Part shown: positions 14,495 through 27,806 of the stretch, piece after piece
How positions within the stretch are numbered: position 1 is the first letter of the stretch
How the letters are laid out: each line of letters begins with the position of its first letter
NCBI RefSeq assembly: GCF_009914755.1
Contig: NC_060938.1
Source of the DNA: the human T2T-CHM13v2.0 reference genome, Homo sapiens
Direction: 5' to 3' (one strand)
Length of the DNA stretch: 64,000 nucleotides
Notes under the pieces: generated by a model
What the model was told of the DNA's origin: nothing
Seen by the model: only the letters and a program-made list of their open reading frames with translations
Databases searched by the model: none
Made by a program: the position numbers and the translations under genes

Positions 14495-17225
14495 ATTCAG
14501 ACCATGTCATCATATGAAAAGAACACTATCATTTTCATTAAAATGTCAACACAAAGACAAAAAACAGTAGGAGGTAAAAACAGAGCACTGGAAATCTGTA
14601 GGGCAATATCAAATAGTCTAACATAAGTATTATTAAAGTCAAAGAAGGAAAGAAGGGAGAATACAGCATTAAAAATCTTCAAAAGCATACATATAGCTAA
14701 CAATGTTCCAAAATCAATGAAAGATAGATCTAATAAACCTATCTTTAGATTATGTTTTGTAGTCGTCCTGTGTAGAATTCTCTCAGCTTATTAGATCTGC
14801 TGAAAGAACAACAGCTCAGAGACTTCTACACGGATATATATGAAACATAATCTAAACGTAATCTACAACAATATGAAAAGACACACTTAGACACATCATG
14901 GTCAAAGTGATGAAAACCACAGGAAAAAAAAATCCTGATGCAGCCACTGACAAAAATATATAGACATATGAAGGAACAAAGGTAAGAATTACAGTAAATA
15001 TTTTGTTAGAAATTATGCAAGCTTAAATTTATTAGAGTTATAGCTTTAAAGGACTAAAAAATACAGAAGTAATAACAATAGCAAAAAATCTTGACCCAGA
15101 GTTTTATGCTCAGAGAAAATAGCTTTCAATAATAAAGGCTTTTTTAGACAAACCAAAGCTGAAATAATTGTAAGCAGATGTGTGCTAAAAAATATTTAAG
15201 GAAAATATTTCTATCGAAAGGAGTACAATACCAGTTTGAAATATAAATCTACACCAAAAAATTAAAAGCAACAGAAACTCTTAAAGTGCTAATATTTTTA
15301 AATGTCCTTAAAAATAATCAACTGTTTTGGGCGAAGGATATGAACAGACACTTCTCAAAAGAAGACATATATGTGGCCAACAAACATATGAAAAAAAGCT
15401 CATCAACACTGGTCACTAGAGAAATGCAAATCAAAACCACAGTGAGATACCATCTCATTACAGTTAGAATGGTGATCATTACAAAGTCAGGAAATAACAG
15501 ATGCCGGAGAGGATGTGGAGAAATAGGAACACTTTTACACTGTTGACGGGAGCGTAAATTAGTTCAACCATGGTGGAAGACAGTGTGGCGATTCCTGAAG
15601 GATCTAGAACCAGAAACACCATTTGACCCACCAATCCCATTACTGGGTATATAGCCAAAGGATTATAAATCATTCTACTATAAAGACTCATGCACATCTA
15701 TGTTTATTCCAGCACTATACACAATACCAAAGACTTGGAACCAACCCAGATGCCCATCAATGATAGACTGGGTAAAGAAAATGTGGCATATATACACCAT
15801 GGAATACTATGCAGCCATAATAAAGGATGAGTTCATGTCCTTTGCAAGGACATGGATGAAGCTGGAAACCATCATTCTCAGCAAACTAACACAAGAACTG
15901 AAAAGCAAACACCGCATGTTCTCACTCATAAGTGGGAGTTGAACAATGAGAACACATGGACACAGGGAAGGGAACATCACACACTGGGGCCTAGTGTGGG
16001 GTGGGGGGCTGGGGGAGTGATAGCATTAGGAGAAATACCTAATGTAGATGATGGGTTGATGAGTGCAGCAAACTGCCATGGCACATGTATAGCTATGTAA
16101 CAAACTTGCACGGTTCTGCACATGTATCCCAGAACTTAAAGTATAATAAAAAATAAAAATTAAAAAAATCAACCGTTTAAAGCAAGAATAATGCCTTACA
16201 AGGTTCATAACTTGCAGAAATAAAATGTATGAAAACAATATCATAAATTATGGGGGAGAAAATGAGGTATATCCTTTAAAGAATTTTACACTATGTGTGA
16301 AATACTGTAATACCGTTTCTATGTGGACTATTATAAATTAAAGTTTATTCTTATCAGGTTTATATTTTAAACTCCAGAGCAATCTTGAAAAAAATTGAAA
16401 GAAGTATAAGTAATAAGGCCGATGGGGAGATAATACTGAATAAAAGCAAGGCAGAAAAAGAAGAAAGGGGAAACTAAGGACTAGAGGGGCAACTGGAAAA
16501 TAACTAGAAGTATAGTAGACTTAAATGCAAACATGTCAGTAATTACATTAAATACAAATGATCTAAACCTAAATTAAAATGCAAAGATTTTTTTTTAAAC
16601 AGCAAGATTAAATTATATTTTATCTATAAGACTCCACTTTACCTGGAAAGACATAGATAGATAAATAATAAAAGGTTGGGAAAGATTATACCATAAAGAC
16701 ATTAATCAAAAAAGTTGGAGTGGCTATAAATAATATCAGACAAAATATACTTTAGCACAAGGCATATTAAGGCAAATATAGGGACATTTTATAATGACAT
16801 AACAATTATAAATGTGATTGCACCCAACAGCAGAGTTTCAAAATACATAAAACAGAACTGAAAGTACAAAAAGAACAAGGAAAATACACAATTTTACTTG
16901 GATATTTTTATGCTCTTCTTATAGTTACTGATAGAACAAGTAAACAGAAATCAGTAAAAATAAGACTTGAATGATACTGTCAACCAACTTGATCAAATTG
17001 ACATTTATAGGATCCTCCATCCAACAACAGAATAGACATTATTTTCTAGTCACATGAAACAATCACCTTGATAAACTATACCTTGGGCCTTAAAACAAAT
17101 CTCAAAAAAATTTAAAAGAATTGAAATCATACAAAATATAGTTTTTAACCATCTGAAATTGAAACGTATCGATAACAGAAAGATATTTGTAAAATCTCCA
17201 AATATTTAAAAATTAAATAAAATTG
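14495..17225 (+). mobile_element. Old L1M ORF1/ORF2-endonuclease region, interrupted by L1PA
   Basis: A-rich, endonuclease-region motifs (gttggagtggctata..atcagacaaaata; gacatttataggatcctccatccaacaacagaata). Confidence 0.75.
15328..16166 (+). mobile_element. 5'-truncated L1PA (PA7-like), copy A
   Basis: ORF2 C-terminus (MQIKTT.RYHL), G-rich 3'UTR, poly(A). TSD AATCAACYGTTT. Confidence 0.92.
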
Positions 17226-18657
17226 GTTTCTTATAAGTCTCAAATTCATTCTTTTCCTCCTCAAACTTAAGTCTATTTTGAGGTTGCTGTCTCAGAAGAT
17301 ATCACCGTCTTCCCATTTCCAATGCATTAAACTTTTCTGCTATTTTAGTTTCATAACCTCCCAATCCTATCCACTAAACACTAATTCATGTGATTCTCCC
17401 TCTGAAATTCTTTAGTCCACAATCCTGCTACTTTCCCAGTTTATCTTATCTCCTACAGTGGTTGTTCTATCAGCTTTCCAAATAGCCTTCCTCTTTCATT
17501 CACTCCTTCAATCCAATATACTCACTCAACAATTATTATCCTCCCAAATCAGGGTTTCCAATCAATTGTGTATAATGAAGATATACTATCAAAAATTTTT
17601 TTCTGTGGCCAAAAATATTTGGGAAACATAGCAGATTAGATCCACCTTTTTTAGCCTAACAATACATATTGACATATTAAAGTCTATTTAGATTACTGCA
17701 GTAAAAATCCTGTGTAACTCTGTTTAACCTAGCATGTCCCAAATTTATTTGAAATTAAGTTGTTTTTTTCCATAAAATATTTACCAATACCCTCCGAATA
17801 AGTGTTTAAAGGAATTTCCTTTGGTGAATACTTTCCTAAATTAACATGACTTCACTTTTCCTCTCCTTTAAAAATTTGATGGTTCAAAAATGGCTATGAA
17901 ATGACATTCAAACTCCATGGTCTAGATGCAAAGACTTTTATGGTCTGGCTTCAACTTCCTTCTTAAGCCTTATCTTCCTTATACCCCTCATCTCTATTCC
18001 ACCAAAGCCTTCATGACTCAGCCATTCTGGATCAGTGTCCATGACACAAAAATACCAAATACTCTCTACTTCTTTTCTTGCTTTTTCCTCTGTATTCACT
18101 TAATTCCACCTACCCGTCCAAATCCAGTCCAAATACAGCATGCCATTAATTTATTCAGTAAATATCAATTAAATATCTACTATGTAATAGGCATTGAGGT
18201 CTATTCCAAAAATGTCCCAGTTGGAAATAATCTTTTCCTTCACAATAATCCAATAGTGAGCTTTACCTATGTTACATCTTTGTTTATGTTTTATGTATTT
18301 TAAAGCACTTATCAAAAGCTGATTCTCAAATACAGAAGGCACTCTCTTGCCTAAAGCTGACATTTGCTTTACCCTCTCATGGATTACTCCTTCCCCAGGT
18401 ATCTGTGTTGTTCACTTTCTCATTGCTTTCAGGTCCTGACTCAAATGGGAACTTCTCAATGAGGCCTTCCCTGACCAGTTTTAAAAATTATACTTTCCTT
18501 ACTCCCTTTTTAATCTTATTTTTCTCCACAATATTTGCCATATGACATGATGTAAGTTTTATACAGTTTTCATAAACTTCTTAATCACAGGGATTTTAAT
18601 CTATCTTGTTCATTGCTCTATCTCTAGTATCCAGAGCAAGGCCCACCACTTAGTAGA

Positions 18658-19115
18658 TGTGCTGGCTGATTTTATGTGTCACCTAGGCTAGGCCATAGTA
18701 ACCAGATATTTGGTCAAACATCAGTCTAGATGTTGCTATGAAGGTATTGAAGGTATTTTTAGATGAGATTAACTTTTGTTAAATCAACGTATTTTTAGTA
18801 AAGCAGATGACCCTCCGTAATGTGAGTGGGCCTCATTCAATCAGGTGAAGGCCATAAGAGAAAAAGACTGAGGTCCCCTAAAAAAGAGAGAATTCTGCCT
18901 TCAGACTGCTTTTAGATCCTAGCTGCATCAGCAACTCTTCCTTCGGTCTTCAGCCTGCCCTGTGGGTTTCAAACTTGCCAGCCCCACAATACCACTCTCC
19001 ATATATATATAAAGAGAAGGAGAGAGATCCTATAAAGAGATCTATACAAAGAGAGAGAGAGAGAGAGGCCACAATCTCATTTGTTGTCTTTCTCTAGACA
19101 ACCCTGACTAGTACA
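18658..19115 (+). mobile_element. MLT2-family solo LTR inserted in an L2 3' end
   Basis: TGT..ttttatgtgtca start, accctgactagtaCA end, TSD GTAGA/GTAGG, internal (TA)/(GA) tract. Confidence 0.85.
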
Positions 19116-19507
19116 GTAGGCACTCAGGAAATACTTGAATATGAGTAAATTTGATTTATCATTAGTTGTGTACAGCTCCAATTCCCTTTTTAGCCCATGA
19201 AGGGGCTATAACTTATCCATTTTTCTTTTTATTCAGTACTTAACATTACTATTCATTCATTTAGCATGTATTTGTTGATTATCTTCCCAGTACCAGGCAT
19301 GGGACCCATGCTACACATATGCCTTGTACTTTCTTATCTCTCTGCCTTTGCTCTTTCTCCCCTCCCCTCAAACATTTATTTTATTTCACTCATCCTTTAA
19401 AATCCAGCTGAAATATAACATCTATAAATAAGAAGCCATTCTTTCATTCAGAAAACTTTAATTGAATGTCTATTATGGGTTTTGTTTGTTGAATAAACAT
19501 ACAAGCT

Positions 19508-21794
19508 TGTATTAGTCCATTTTCATGCTGCTGATAAAGACATATCCGAGACTGGGAAGAAAAAGAGGTTTAATTGGACTTACAGTTCCACGTCGCTGGG
19601 GAGAACTCAGAATCATGGCGGGATGCAAAAGGCACTTCTTACATGGCAGCAGCAAAAGAAAATGAGAAAGAAGCAAAAGTGGAAATCCCTGATAAACCCA
19701 TCAGATCTTGTGAGACTTATTCACTATCACGAGAATAGCACAGGAAAGACCAGCCCCTATGATTTAATTACCTTCCCCTGGGTCCCTCCCACAACTCGTG
19801 GGAATCCTGGGAGATACAATTCAAGTTGAGATTTGGGTGGGGACACAGTCAAACCATATCATTCCACCCCTGGCCCCTCCAAATCTCAGGTCCTCACATT
19901 TCAAAACCAATCATGCCTTCCCAAAAGTCTCCCAAAGTCTTAACTCATCTCAGCATTAACTCAAAAGTCCACAGTCTAAAGTCTTATCTGAGACAAGGCA
20001 AGTCTTATCCACCTATGAGCCTGTAAAATCAAAATCAAGTTAGTTACTTCCTAGATATAATGGGGGTACAGGCATTGGGTAAATTTGGCCATTACACATG
20101 GAGGAAAATTGGCCAAAACAAAGGGGCTACCAGCCACACGCAAGTCCGAAATCCATCAGGGCAGTCAAACCTTAAAGCTCCAAAATGATCTCCTTTGACG
20201 CCAGGTCTCACATCTGGGTCATGCTGATGCAAGAGGCGGGTTCCCATGGTCTTGGGCAGCTCCACCCCTGTGGCTTTGCAGGGTACAGCCTCCTTCCTGG
20301 CTGCTTTCACAGGCTGGCATTGAGTATCTGTGGCTTCTCCAGGTGCACAGTGCAAGCTGTCGATGGATGTACCATTCTGGGATCTGGAGGACGGTGGCCT
20401 TCTTCTCACAGATCCACCAGACAGTGCCCCAGTAGGGACTCTGTGTGGGGGCTCTGACCCCACATTTCCCTTCTACACTGCCCTAGCAGAGGTTCTCCGT
20501 GAGGGCTCTGCCTCTGCAGCAAACTTTTGCCTGGGCATCCAGGCATTTCAATACATCTTCTGAAATCTAGGCAGAGGTCCCCAAACCTCAATTCTTGACT
20601 TCCGTGCACCCATAGGCTAAATACCACGTGGAAGCTGCCAAGGCTAGGGGTTTCCACCCTCTGAAGCCACAGCCTGAGCTGTATGTTGGCCCCTTTCAGC
20701 CATGGCTGGAGTGGCTGGGACACAGGGCACCAAGTCCCTAGGCTGCACACAGCATGGGGACCCTGGGCCTGGCCCACGAAACCACTTTTTCCTCCTGGAC
20801 TTCTGGGCGTGTGATGATAGGGGCTGCCACGAAGGTCTCTGACATGGCCTGGAGGCATTTTCCCCATGGTCTAGGGGATTAACATTAGGCTCCTTGCTAC
20901 TTATGCAAATTTCTGCATCTGCTTGAATTTCTCCTCAAAAAAAAATTGGTTTTTCTTTTCTACTGCATTGTCAGGCTGCAAATTTTCTGAACTTTTATGC
21001 TCTGTTTCCCTTTTAAAATAGAATGCTTTTAACAGCACCCAAGTCACCTTTTGAATGCTTTCCTGCTTAGAAATTTCTTCTGCCAGATACCCTAAATCAT
21101 CTCTCAAGTTCAAAGTTCCACAAATCTCTAGGGCAGGGGCAAAATGTCACCAGTCTCTTTGCTAAAACATAACAACAGTCACCTCTGCTTCAGTTCCCAA
21201 CAAGTTCCTCATCTCCATCTGAGACCACCTCAGCCTGGACCTAATTGTTCATATCACTATCAGCATTTTTGTCAAAGCCATTCAACAAGTCCATAGGAAG
21301 TTCCAAACTTCCCCACATTTTCCTGTCTTCTTCTGAGCCCTCCAAACTGTTTCAACCTCTGCCTGTTACCCAGTTCCAAAGTCACTTCCATATTTTCAGG
21401 TATCTTTTCAGCAACTCCCCACTCTACTAGTACCAATTTACTGTATTAATCCATTTTCATGCTGCTGATAAAGGTATACCCAAGACTGGGAACAAAAAGA
21501 TGTTTAATTGGACTTACAGTTCCACATCGCTGAGGAGGACCCAGAATCATGGCGGGAGGAGAAAGGAACTTCTCAAATGGTGGTGGCAAAAGAAAATGGG
21601 AAAGAAGCAAAAGCATAAACCCCTGACAAACCCATCAGATTTTGTTAGACTTATTCGTTGTCAGGAGAATAGCACAGGAAAGACCAGCCCCATGATTCAA
21701 TTACCTCCTCCTGGGTCCCTCCCACAACACGTGGGAATTCTGGAATATACAATTCAAGTTGAGATTTGGGCGGGGACACAGCCAAACCGTACCA
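19508..21794 (-). mobile_element. Full-length THE1A MaLR provirus: LTR 19508-19861, internal 19862-21441, LTR 21442-21794
   Basis: Two homologous ~354-bp TG..CA LTRs, ~1.6-kb internal region, purine tract GGGGCCAGGGGTGGAA on - strand abutting the left LTR, TSD AAGCT/GAGCT. Confidence 0.93.
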
Positions 21795-22246
21795 GAGCTC
21801 CTCCACAGAAAAGGAGTTACATAAAGATAAAGATGGCATGATTCAGAGAAACAGATTCCTGAAAGTTCAACTTGTTAGGGAGTATGTATGTTACTAGCAA
21901 CACAAACACTAAAAATACACGGATCAATTGATTGGAATTACTTTGGTCATCTCTAAAGTGTAATCATCTGTCAGCCAAAGGACCAGAGCATAGATTCATA
22001 AGAAATCAAAAGATCAAGTAAATGTAGGCAGTGGGAAGTGCCTCAAATTCATGTCTCATAAGTCTCTTAAATTCATTATTTTCCTCCTCAAACTGAAGTC
22101 TATTCTTGGGTTGTTTATGAATTTAAATTCATTTATGAGTACAGCAGGTCGGGGGTAGTAAAGAAAGAAAATGACAAAGGGTTTTCAGAGGAACATTATT
22201 TTCACACCTCAACTATATTTTCATCATCCATTAAAGGTGATTAGTT

Positions 22247-22539
22247 GGCTGGGCACGGTGGCTCATGCCTGCAGTCCCAGCACTTTGGGAGGCTGAGGCA
22301 GGCGGATTGCCTGAGGTCAGGAGTTCGAGACCAGCCTGGCCAACTTGGTGAAACCCCGTCTCCACTAAAAATACAAATATTAGCCTGGTGTGGTGGTGGG
22401 CACCTATAATCCCAGCTACTCAGGAGGCTGAGGCAGGAGAATCACTTGAACCCAGAAGGCAGAGGTTACAGTGATCCTAGATCACATCATTTCACTCCAG
22501 CCTGAGCAACAGAGTGAAACTCCATCCCAGAAAAAAAAA
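22247..22539 (+). mobile_element. AluSx-like
   Basis: Full dimer (cctgaggtcaggagttcgagaccagcctggccaac). TSD core GTGATTAGT. Confidence 0.92.
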
Positions 22540-24189
22540 GTGATTAGTCTAGGTCAACTCCATCTCAAAAAGGAAAAAAAGAAAAAGTTGATTAGTCCAG
22601 GTCAAGTGTCAGCACTAAAAAGCTAAATCTTTGGGCATGAGGTGAAAAGGAGTCTTCTTGCCTTGCATTGAAATGATTTATGATGATAATAGATTGACAG
22701 ACTGAAAAGGTCACTCGTCAGTCAGCCCACCAAACCTCATCTTTCTTCCATGTTGTAATAAACTTCACTTGCGGATCCTGTAGGATAATACATCCATATG
22801 CCTTGGATGCTCCAGGAGCTGAAAGGTCATTCTGGACCAGAATTCCTCTCAGTCATGTGTGGGTGCTCCTGGTCTCTCCTCACTTGCATATCACTATATT
22901 TAAAGCCACAAGCTGGTAAGTTTCATCTGTTGTTCAACCCGTCAGCCTAAGTCTGATTCATAAATTATATTTTTCCATTTAACAGTCAGAAAAATCTCCT
23001 CTTCTTCAATGATAATAAAATCGGTAGACCAGATTCTGCCCTTCACTACTAATGTACAAATCCTGCTGAAGTCAGCAGAACTTAAGGGCATGCAACTTTG
23101 GACAGAGTGTGTTCCAACTTTTTTTCCTTGCTGGATTTTTATTACCTGACATCTTTCTGATTCCTCTGGATTGCACAATAAGGGAAGGGTGGCCCAGTTT
23201 GGGTAAAATAAAAAATGACCCAAACCACTGACCTAAATCCTGCCTTTGAAATTTAAAATTACATTTACTAGGAAGGAAAACAGTTTTTTGAGTGTGGGTG
23301 GTTTTCTTTTTCAAAAACCATTTTCAAATGTTGACCTCCTGAATGTTTTCATACCAGTTTGGATTGGAAAACAGAAGGGTAGGTAAACATTTTTTTAAAG
23401 CTTGGTAGGGGGAGGTCATCCTTTTCTGAATTCATTATCTGTAAAGAAGCAGGAAATGCCAAGATCTCTTTTTTTTTTTTTTTTTTTTTTTCAAAAGATT
23501 GCCTGGTCACATTGCCAGATTTGACTCCAAAAGCAAATTGTCCATTTTTGTGAAATATTGAGGCTTTTTGTCCTCCTTTCCTTCTAAGGTGAACTCAGGT
23601 AGCAGAGAAGTAGAGGTAGGAAAGTTTTGCTTGGGGCTGTGGGATGGAGTTGAGGACAGTTTGTCTTTTGCATAAATAAAGGGGCATATGCATTGTTGCC
23701 ACATAAGGAACAGGCCACATGGTTTGATGTAATGAATGCTTCAAGACTATCCCATCATAACCCTCACAGCTCTTCTGTTGTACCTGAGATAACTACTTAC
23801 GTCAGTCTTCAGATAAGATGACACCTCTTGAGACACTTTGAAGTTTATCGGGATATGGGACTCTAGGACACTGTAACCTACACCCAATTATTTATCAATT
23901 CCCTATCTGAAATCACAGCCCTGACCAAATGGAACATGAAACAGGCAAATTTTGATAAAGAGAGAGGAAAAAGGAGGAAGGAAAGATGTGAATCAATGCT
24001 CTAGAGGAATAAAAGCAGTTAGTCACTATGGGTTTACCATACCTTTACCAATCTGTACATACATACTTACCCTATTGTGTTCTCATTCTTTGTATACATA
24101 GCTAGTCCTTGACCTGAACTGATCTCCTTAAAATTGGGCTCTTTGTCACATTTACTTTTCTTTCACCACACCTGGCACAGGGCCTGCTA

Positions 24190-24430
24190 ACATGGAAGGC
24201 AATATAACACAGTGCTTTGGCTTAAGTCCTTCGCTTGAGTTCAAATTCTGCCCTTCGCAAGCTATGTGACTTTGGGTGAGATACTGTACCTCATTAAGCC
24301 TAATCTGTAAAATGGGTATAATAATTTCTTCCTGCAAATTTCCTTCTGAGGATTAAGATATGCTTTAAAGTGTCTTTCACAGTACTTGGTACACAGTACA
24401 CACTTTATAAAAATTCAATATTATTATACG
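24190..24430 (+). mobile_element. MIR
   Basis: gagttcaaattctgcc..gctatgtgactttggg..atctgtaaaatggg. Confidence 0.75.
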
Positions 24431-24894
24431 CTCAAAAATTTTGTGGAATAAATGAATCAGTCAATCAACTAGGAATTAGCAAGGGTTCATCAGGAGAGTC
24501 TGAGTGTTTGGTCATATGAAGAATCAGGGAGGGAGTGCTTAAAGAAGGCATTAAACAATTGACCACAACTTTTGTTTTTAGCACAATGTCAAAAACTCAC
24601 TACATTTGGTGGGATATTCGAATACAGTAGAAGTCTCAAAACAGCACTAAAGTAGCAGTAATTTCCAAAGCAATCACTACTCTAGAAAATCTGCGCTTCA
24701 CAATGCCAACATCATGCACTGGTCCCCTTTCAGCCCCTTGTTGCTGATGAAGCAAAACTGTGTATATGCGCTCTTAAATTTCTACAGAGCAGAGTTGCCC
24801 GGCATTCCAGCAAACATTTCCTACATGCTGACATAAAGTTACACTGGGCCTCTGACCTCATTCTGATCATGTCGTAACCTACGCTACATCATAA

Positions 24895-25150
24895 AAGCTA
24901 GTATTTGTTGAGATCTTCCTATGTATTCAGCACATTTCTAAGCACTTTTACATGAATCAATGTACTTCATCCTTACAACCCTATGATGTACGTACTACCT
25001 ACCATTACCATCATAATGAGGAAACTGAAGATGAGGAAACAGAGGCACATGGATTCAAACAACTTGGTTAAAGTCACAGAGATAGTAAGAGCTGAATCAG
25101 ATATTTGAACCCAGAAAGGTGGACTCCAGAGTTCTTAACCACTATGTCAT
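24895..25150 (-). mobile_element. MIR
   Basis: ctaagcacttttacatg..gatgaggaaacagaggc..tttgaacccag. Confidence 0.75.
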
Positions 25151-26970
25151 ATGCACCATAAGATATACCAGCTCCATCTGCCTATTATGGACATTATCAT
25201 AGCAGTATTTGTATATTACATTGTAGCCAAATACACTTTACACATTGGTGAAAATATGGCTGTATACCTTGGGAGGATCTACACACACCGTGTGAGATCT
25301 GCTGGCAGAGACAGTGTCTTACGGGCAAATTCTGCTTAAGTCACAAACATGCCAACAAACCAAGCTGAGGATGTGGGGTAAAAATTGACCATGTCCTCAA
25401 GCTTAAAGTCCCAAATGAAATGTGGCCTCTCGAGATCTCAGCCACGATCTCTGTTTCTAGTAAGATGCTGTGGACAGTCTCTTCAACCCATTTTCTGAAT
25501 TTTCTGCCAGTGGGGAAGGCCTACAAATAGCTTCTGGGCAATTGTGGGACACTGCCAGAGCTTCCTAAAGCCACCAGCTAAACTTGCAAATCTTTGGCAA
25601 TTCCTTTCTCATGATAGACTTTACTTAAAAATGAAATTAAGCTTAACAGTCAATGAAAGAAAAGGCAGCAATTATTGAGCACAGTAAGCAACATGAGGAA
25701 TATAAGATCTTCCTTTCAGTTTTTGTTCTATACCCAGGCTTGTGCACCTGTGTACCCGTAGGTCTATTCAGTGCTGTCAAACACCTATTGTCCTCAGGAA
25801 TTTTACTCACATACATTTTTATACCTGTGCATGAACTGGTTTATAGTGCTCCCAAATTTGGTTCATTGCTATTGGATTGATTATTTCTAGATGTTAAGAT
25901 TCAGCAGCAATATCTATTATCCATTTTCTGACCCTGTACAATAGCAAGAGTCAGTAACTCCTATCTAACCGAAATTATAAAAAACAGTTGCAATCTTACA
26001 CTGTATTGCCTCCAAATAAAATGTTAGTTCTGTCCTGGAATAGACAGATTCAATTACATATGTATTAACATTTGGCAAACAGGCCAAGGACTCAACTTTA
26101 TCTCCAGAATCTTTACTGTTGTAAGCTACCTCTCTCCTCAGCTGGAACAGTCGCGCCCAGTTATGAAGTTGTACATGCTTCGAGATTCACAGGTGAAAAG
26201 TTATTTAGTAGTCTTTAGAATATTTGTAATTTTGTATTGCGCCTTTCATCTCTACGCTGTCCCTGCTGACTCATTCATCCTCTCCTCCATTTCTAAATCA
26301 GATGAGACCATGGCCCTTAAAAGTGAGGAACATCTCCAATTGCAGATGAAGAACATGGGCATCTTACTGGTTCTTCTTTAGTTACATCATCATATTCCAG
26401 AGAAACATGCAGCACTGGTAGGACTCATCTGATCATTGAAAAGTGCCAGTTCAAAAATTTCCACACCCTCATTGGGCTACCAGTTAAGGTAGATCTCATT
26501 AGGGTTATCACATATACTGGGAACAGAACTTCCAGTAAAATATGTACCATAAAACTCTGGAATTATCATTAATCTTCAACTATTCTTATTCTCATGCTGT
26601 ACCCAAAGAATGGTGACTGGTAAAGAGGAATGTCCATAGACTGTTGCCCCTCCTACAGCTGTATACCCTTAACAAAAACCAGATGGAAAACTGGACCAGG
26701 TAAATAAAGACAAAGTCACCCCAAGAGAGGATAGCATTCATCCCAGTTACTGTCAGCTCTTATCTGGATGTTAGTAGTAGTTTCTCAGCTGCCATTCTTG
26801 CCCACGCCCAATTCTTTCTTTTCTCATAGACCATTGGTGTTTTTATGACTACTCTATCAGATCATATCCCTCCCCTGCTTAAAGATTTTCAATGGACTCC
26901 CCATTACATAAGGGAAGAAAATGCAAATTCTTTCGCATGGCACACAAGATGCTTTAAAAGTAGCCTTATC

Positions 26971-27806
26971 CGAAGGATATGAACAGACATTTCTCAAAAG
27001 AAGACTTTTATGCAGCAAACAAACATGTGAAAAAAGCTCATCATCACTGATAATTAGAGAAATGCAAATCAAAACCACAATGAGGTACCATCTCATGCCA
27101 GTTAGAATGGCAATCATTAAAAAGTCAGGAAATAACAGATGCTGGCGAGGATGTGGAGAAATAGGAATGCTTTCACACTGTTGGTGGGAGTGTAAATTAG
27201 TTCAACCATGGTGGAAGACAGTGTGGCAATTCCTCAAGGATCTAGAACCAGAAGTACAATTTGACCCAGCAATCCCATTACTGGGTATATACCCAAGGGA
27301 TTATAAATCATTCTACTATAAAGACACATGAACACGTATGTTTACTTGCAGCATTGTTCACAATAGCAAAGACTTGGAACCAACCCAAATGCCCATCAAT
27401 GATAGACTGGATAAAGAAAATGTGGCACATATACACCATGGAATACTATGCAGCCATAATAAAGGATGAGTTCATGTCCTCTGCAAGGACATGGATGAAG
27501 CTGGAAACCATCATTCTCAGCAAACTAACACAAGAAGAGAAAAGTAAACACCGCATGTTCTCACTCATAAGTGGGAGTTGAACAATGAGAACACATGGAC
27601 ATGGGGAGGGGAATATCACACACTGGGGCCGGTTCGGGGGTGGGGGGCTGGGGGAGGAATAGCATTAGGAGAAATACCTAATGTAGATGATGGGTTGATG
27701 GGTGCAGCAAACCACCATGGCACGTGTATATCTATGTGACAAACCTGCATGTTCTGCACATGTATCCCAGAACTTGAAGTATAATTTAAAAAAAATTTTT
27801 TTAAAG
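26971..27806 (+). mobile_element. 5'-truncated L1PA (PA7-like), copy B, inserted in L2
   Basis: ORF2 C-terminus plus 3'UTR and tail. Perfect TSD AAGTAGCCTTATC. Confidence 0.92.

Noticed and set aside
19623-21841. Cluster of 60-150 aa ORFs
   Set aside because: All lie within THE1A LTR or internal sequence and are fragmented
23468-23491. Poly(T) run as an orphan retro-tail
   Set aside because: Flanking similarity (AAGAT) is too short to call a TSD
23507-23704. 65-aa minus-strand ORF in unique sequence
   Set aside because: No recognisable homology or convincing splice or start context. This length is expected by chance
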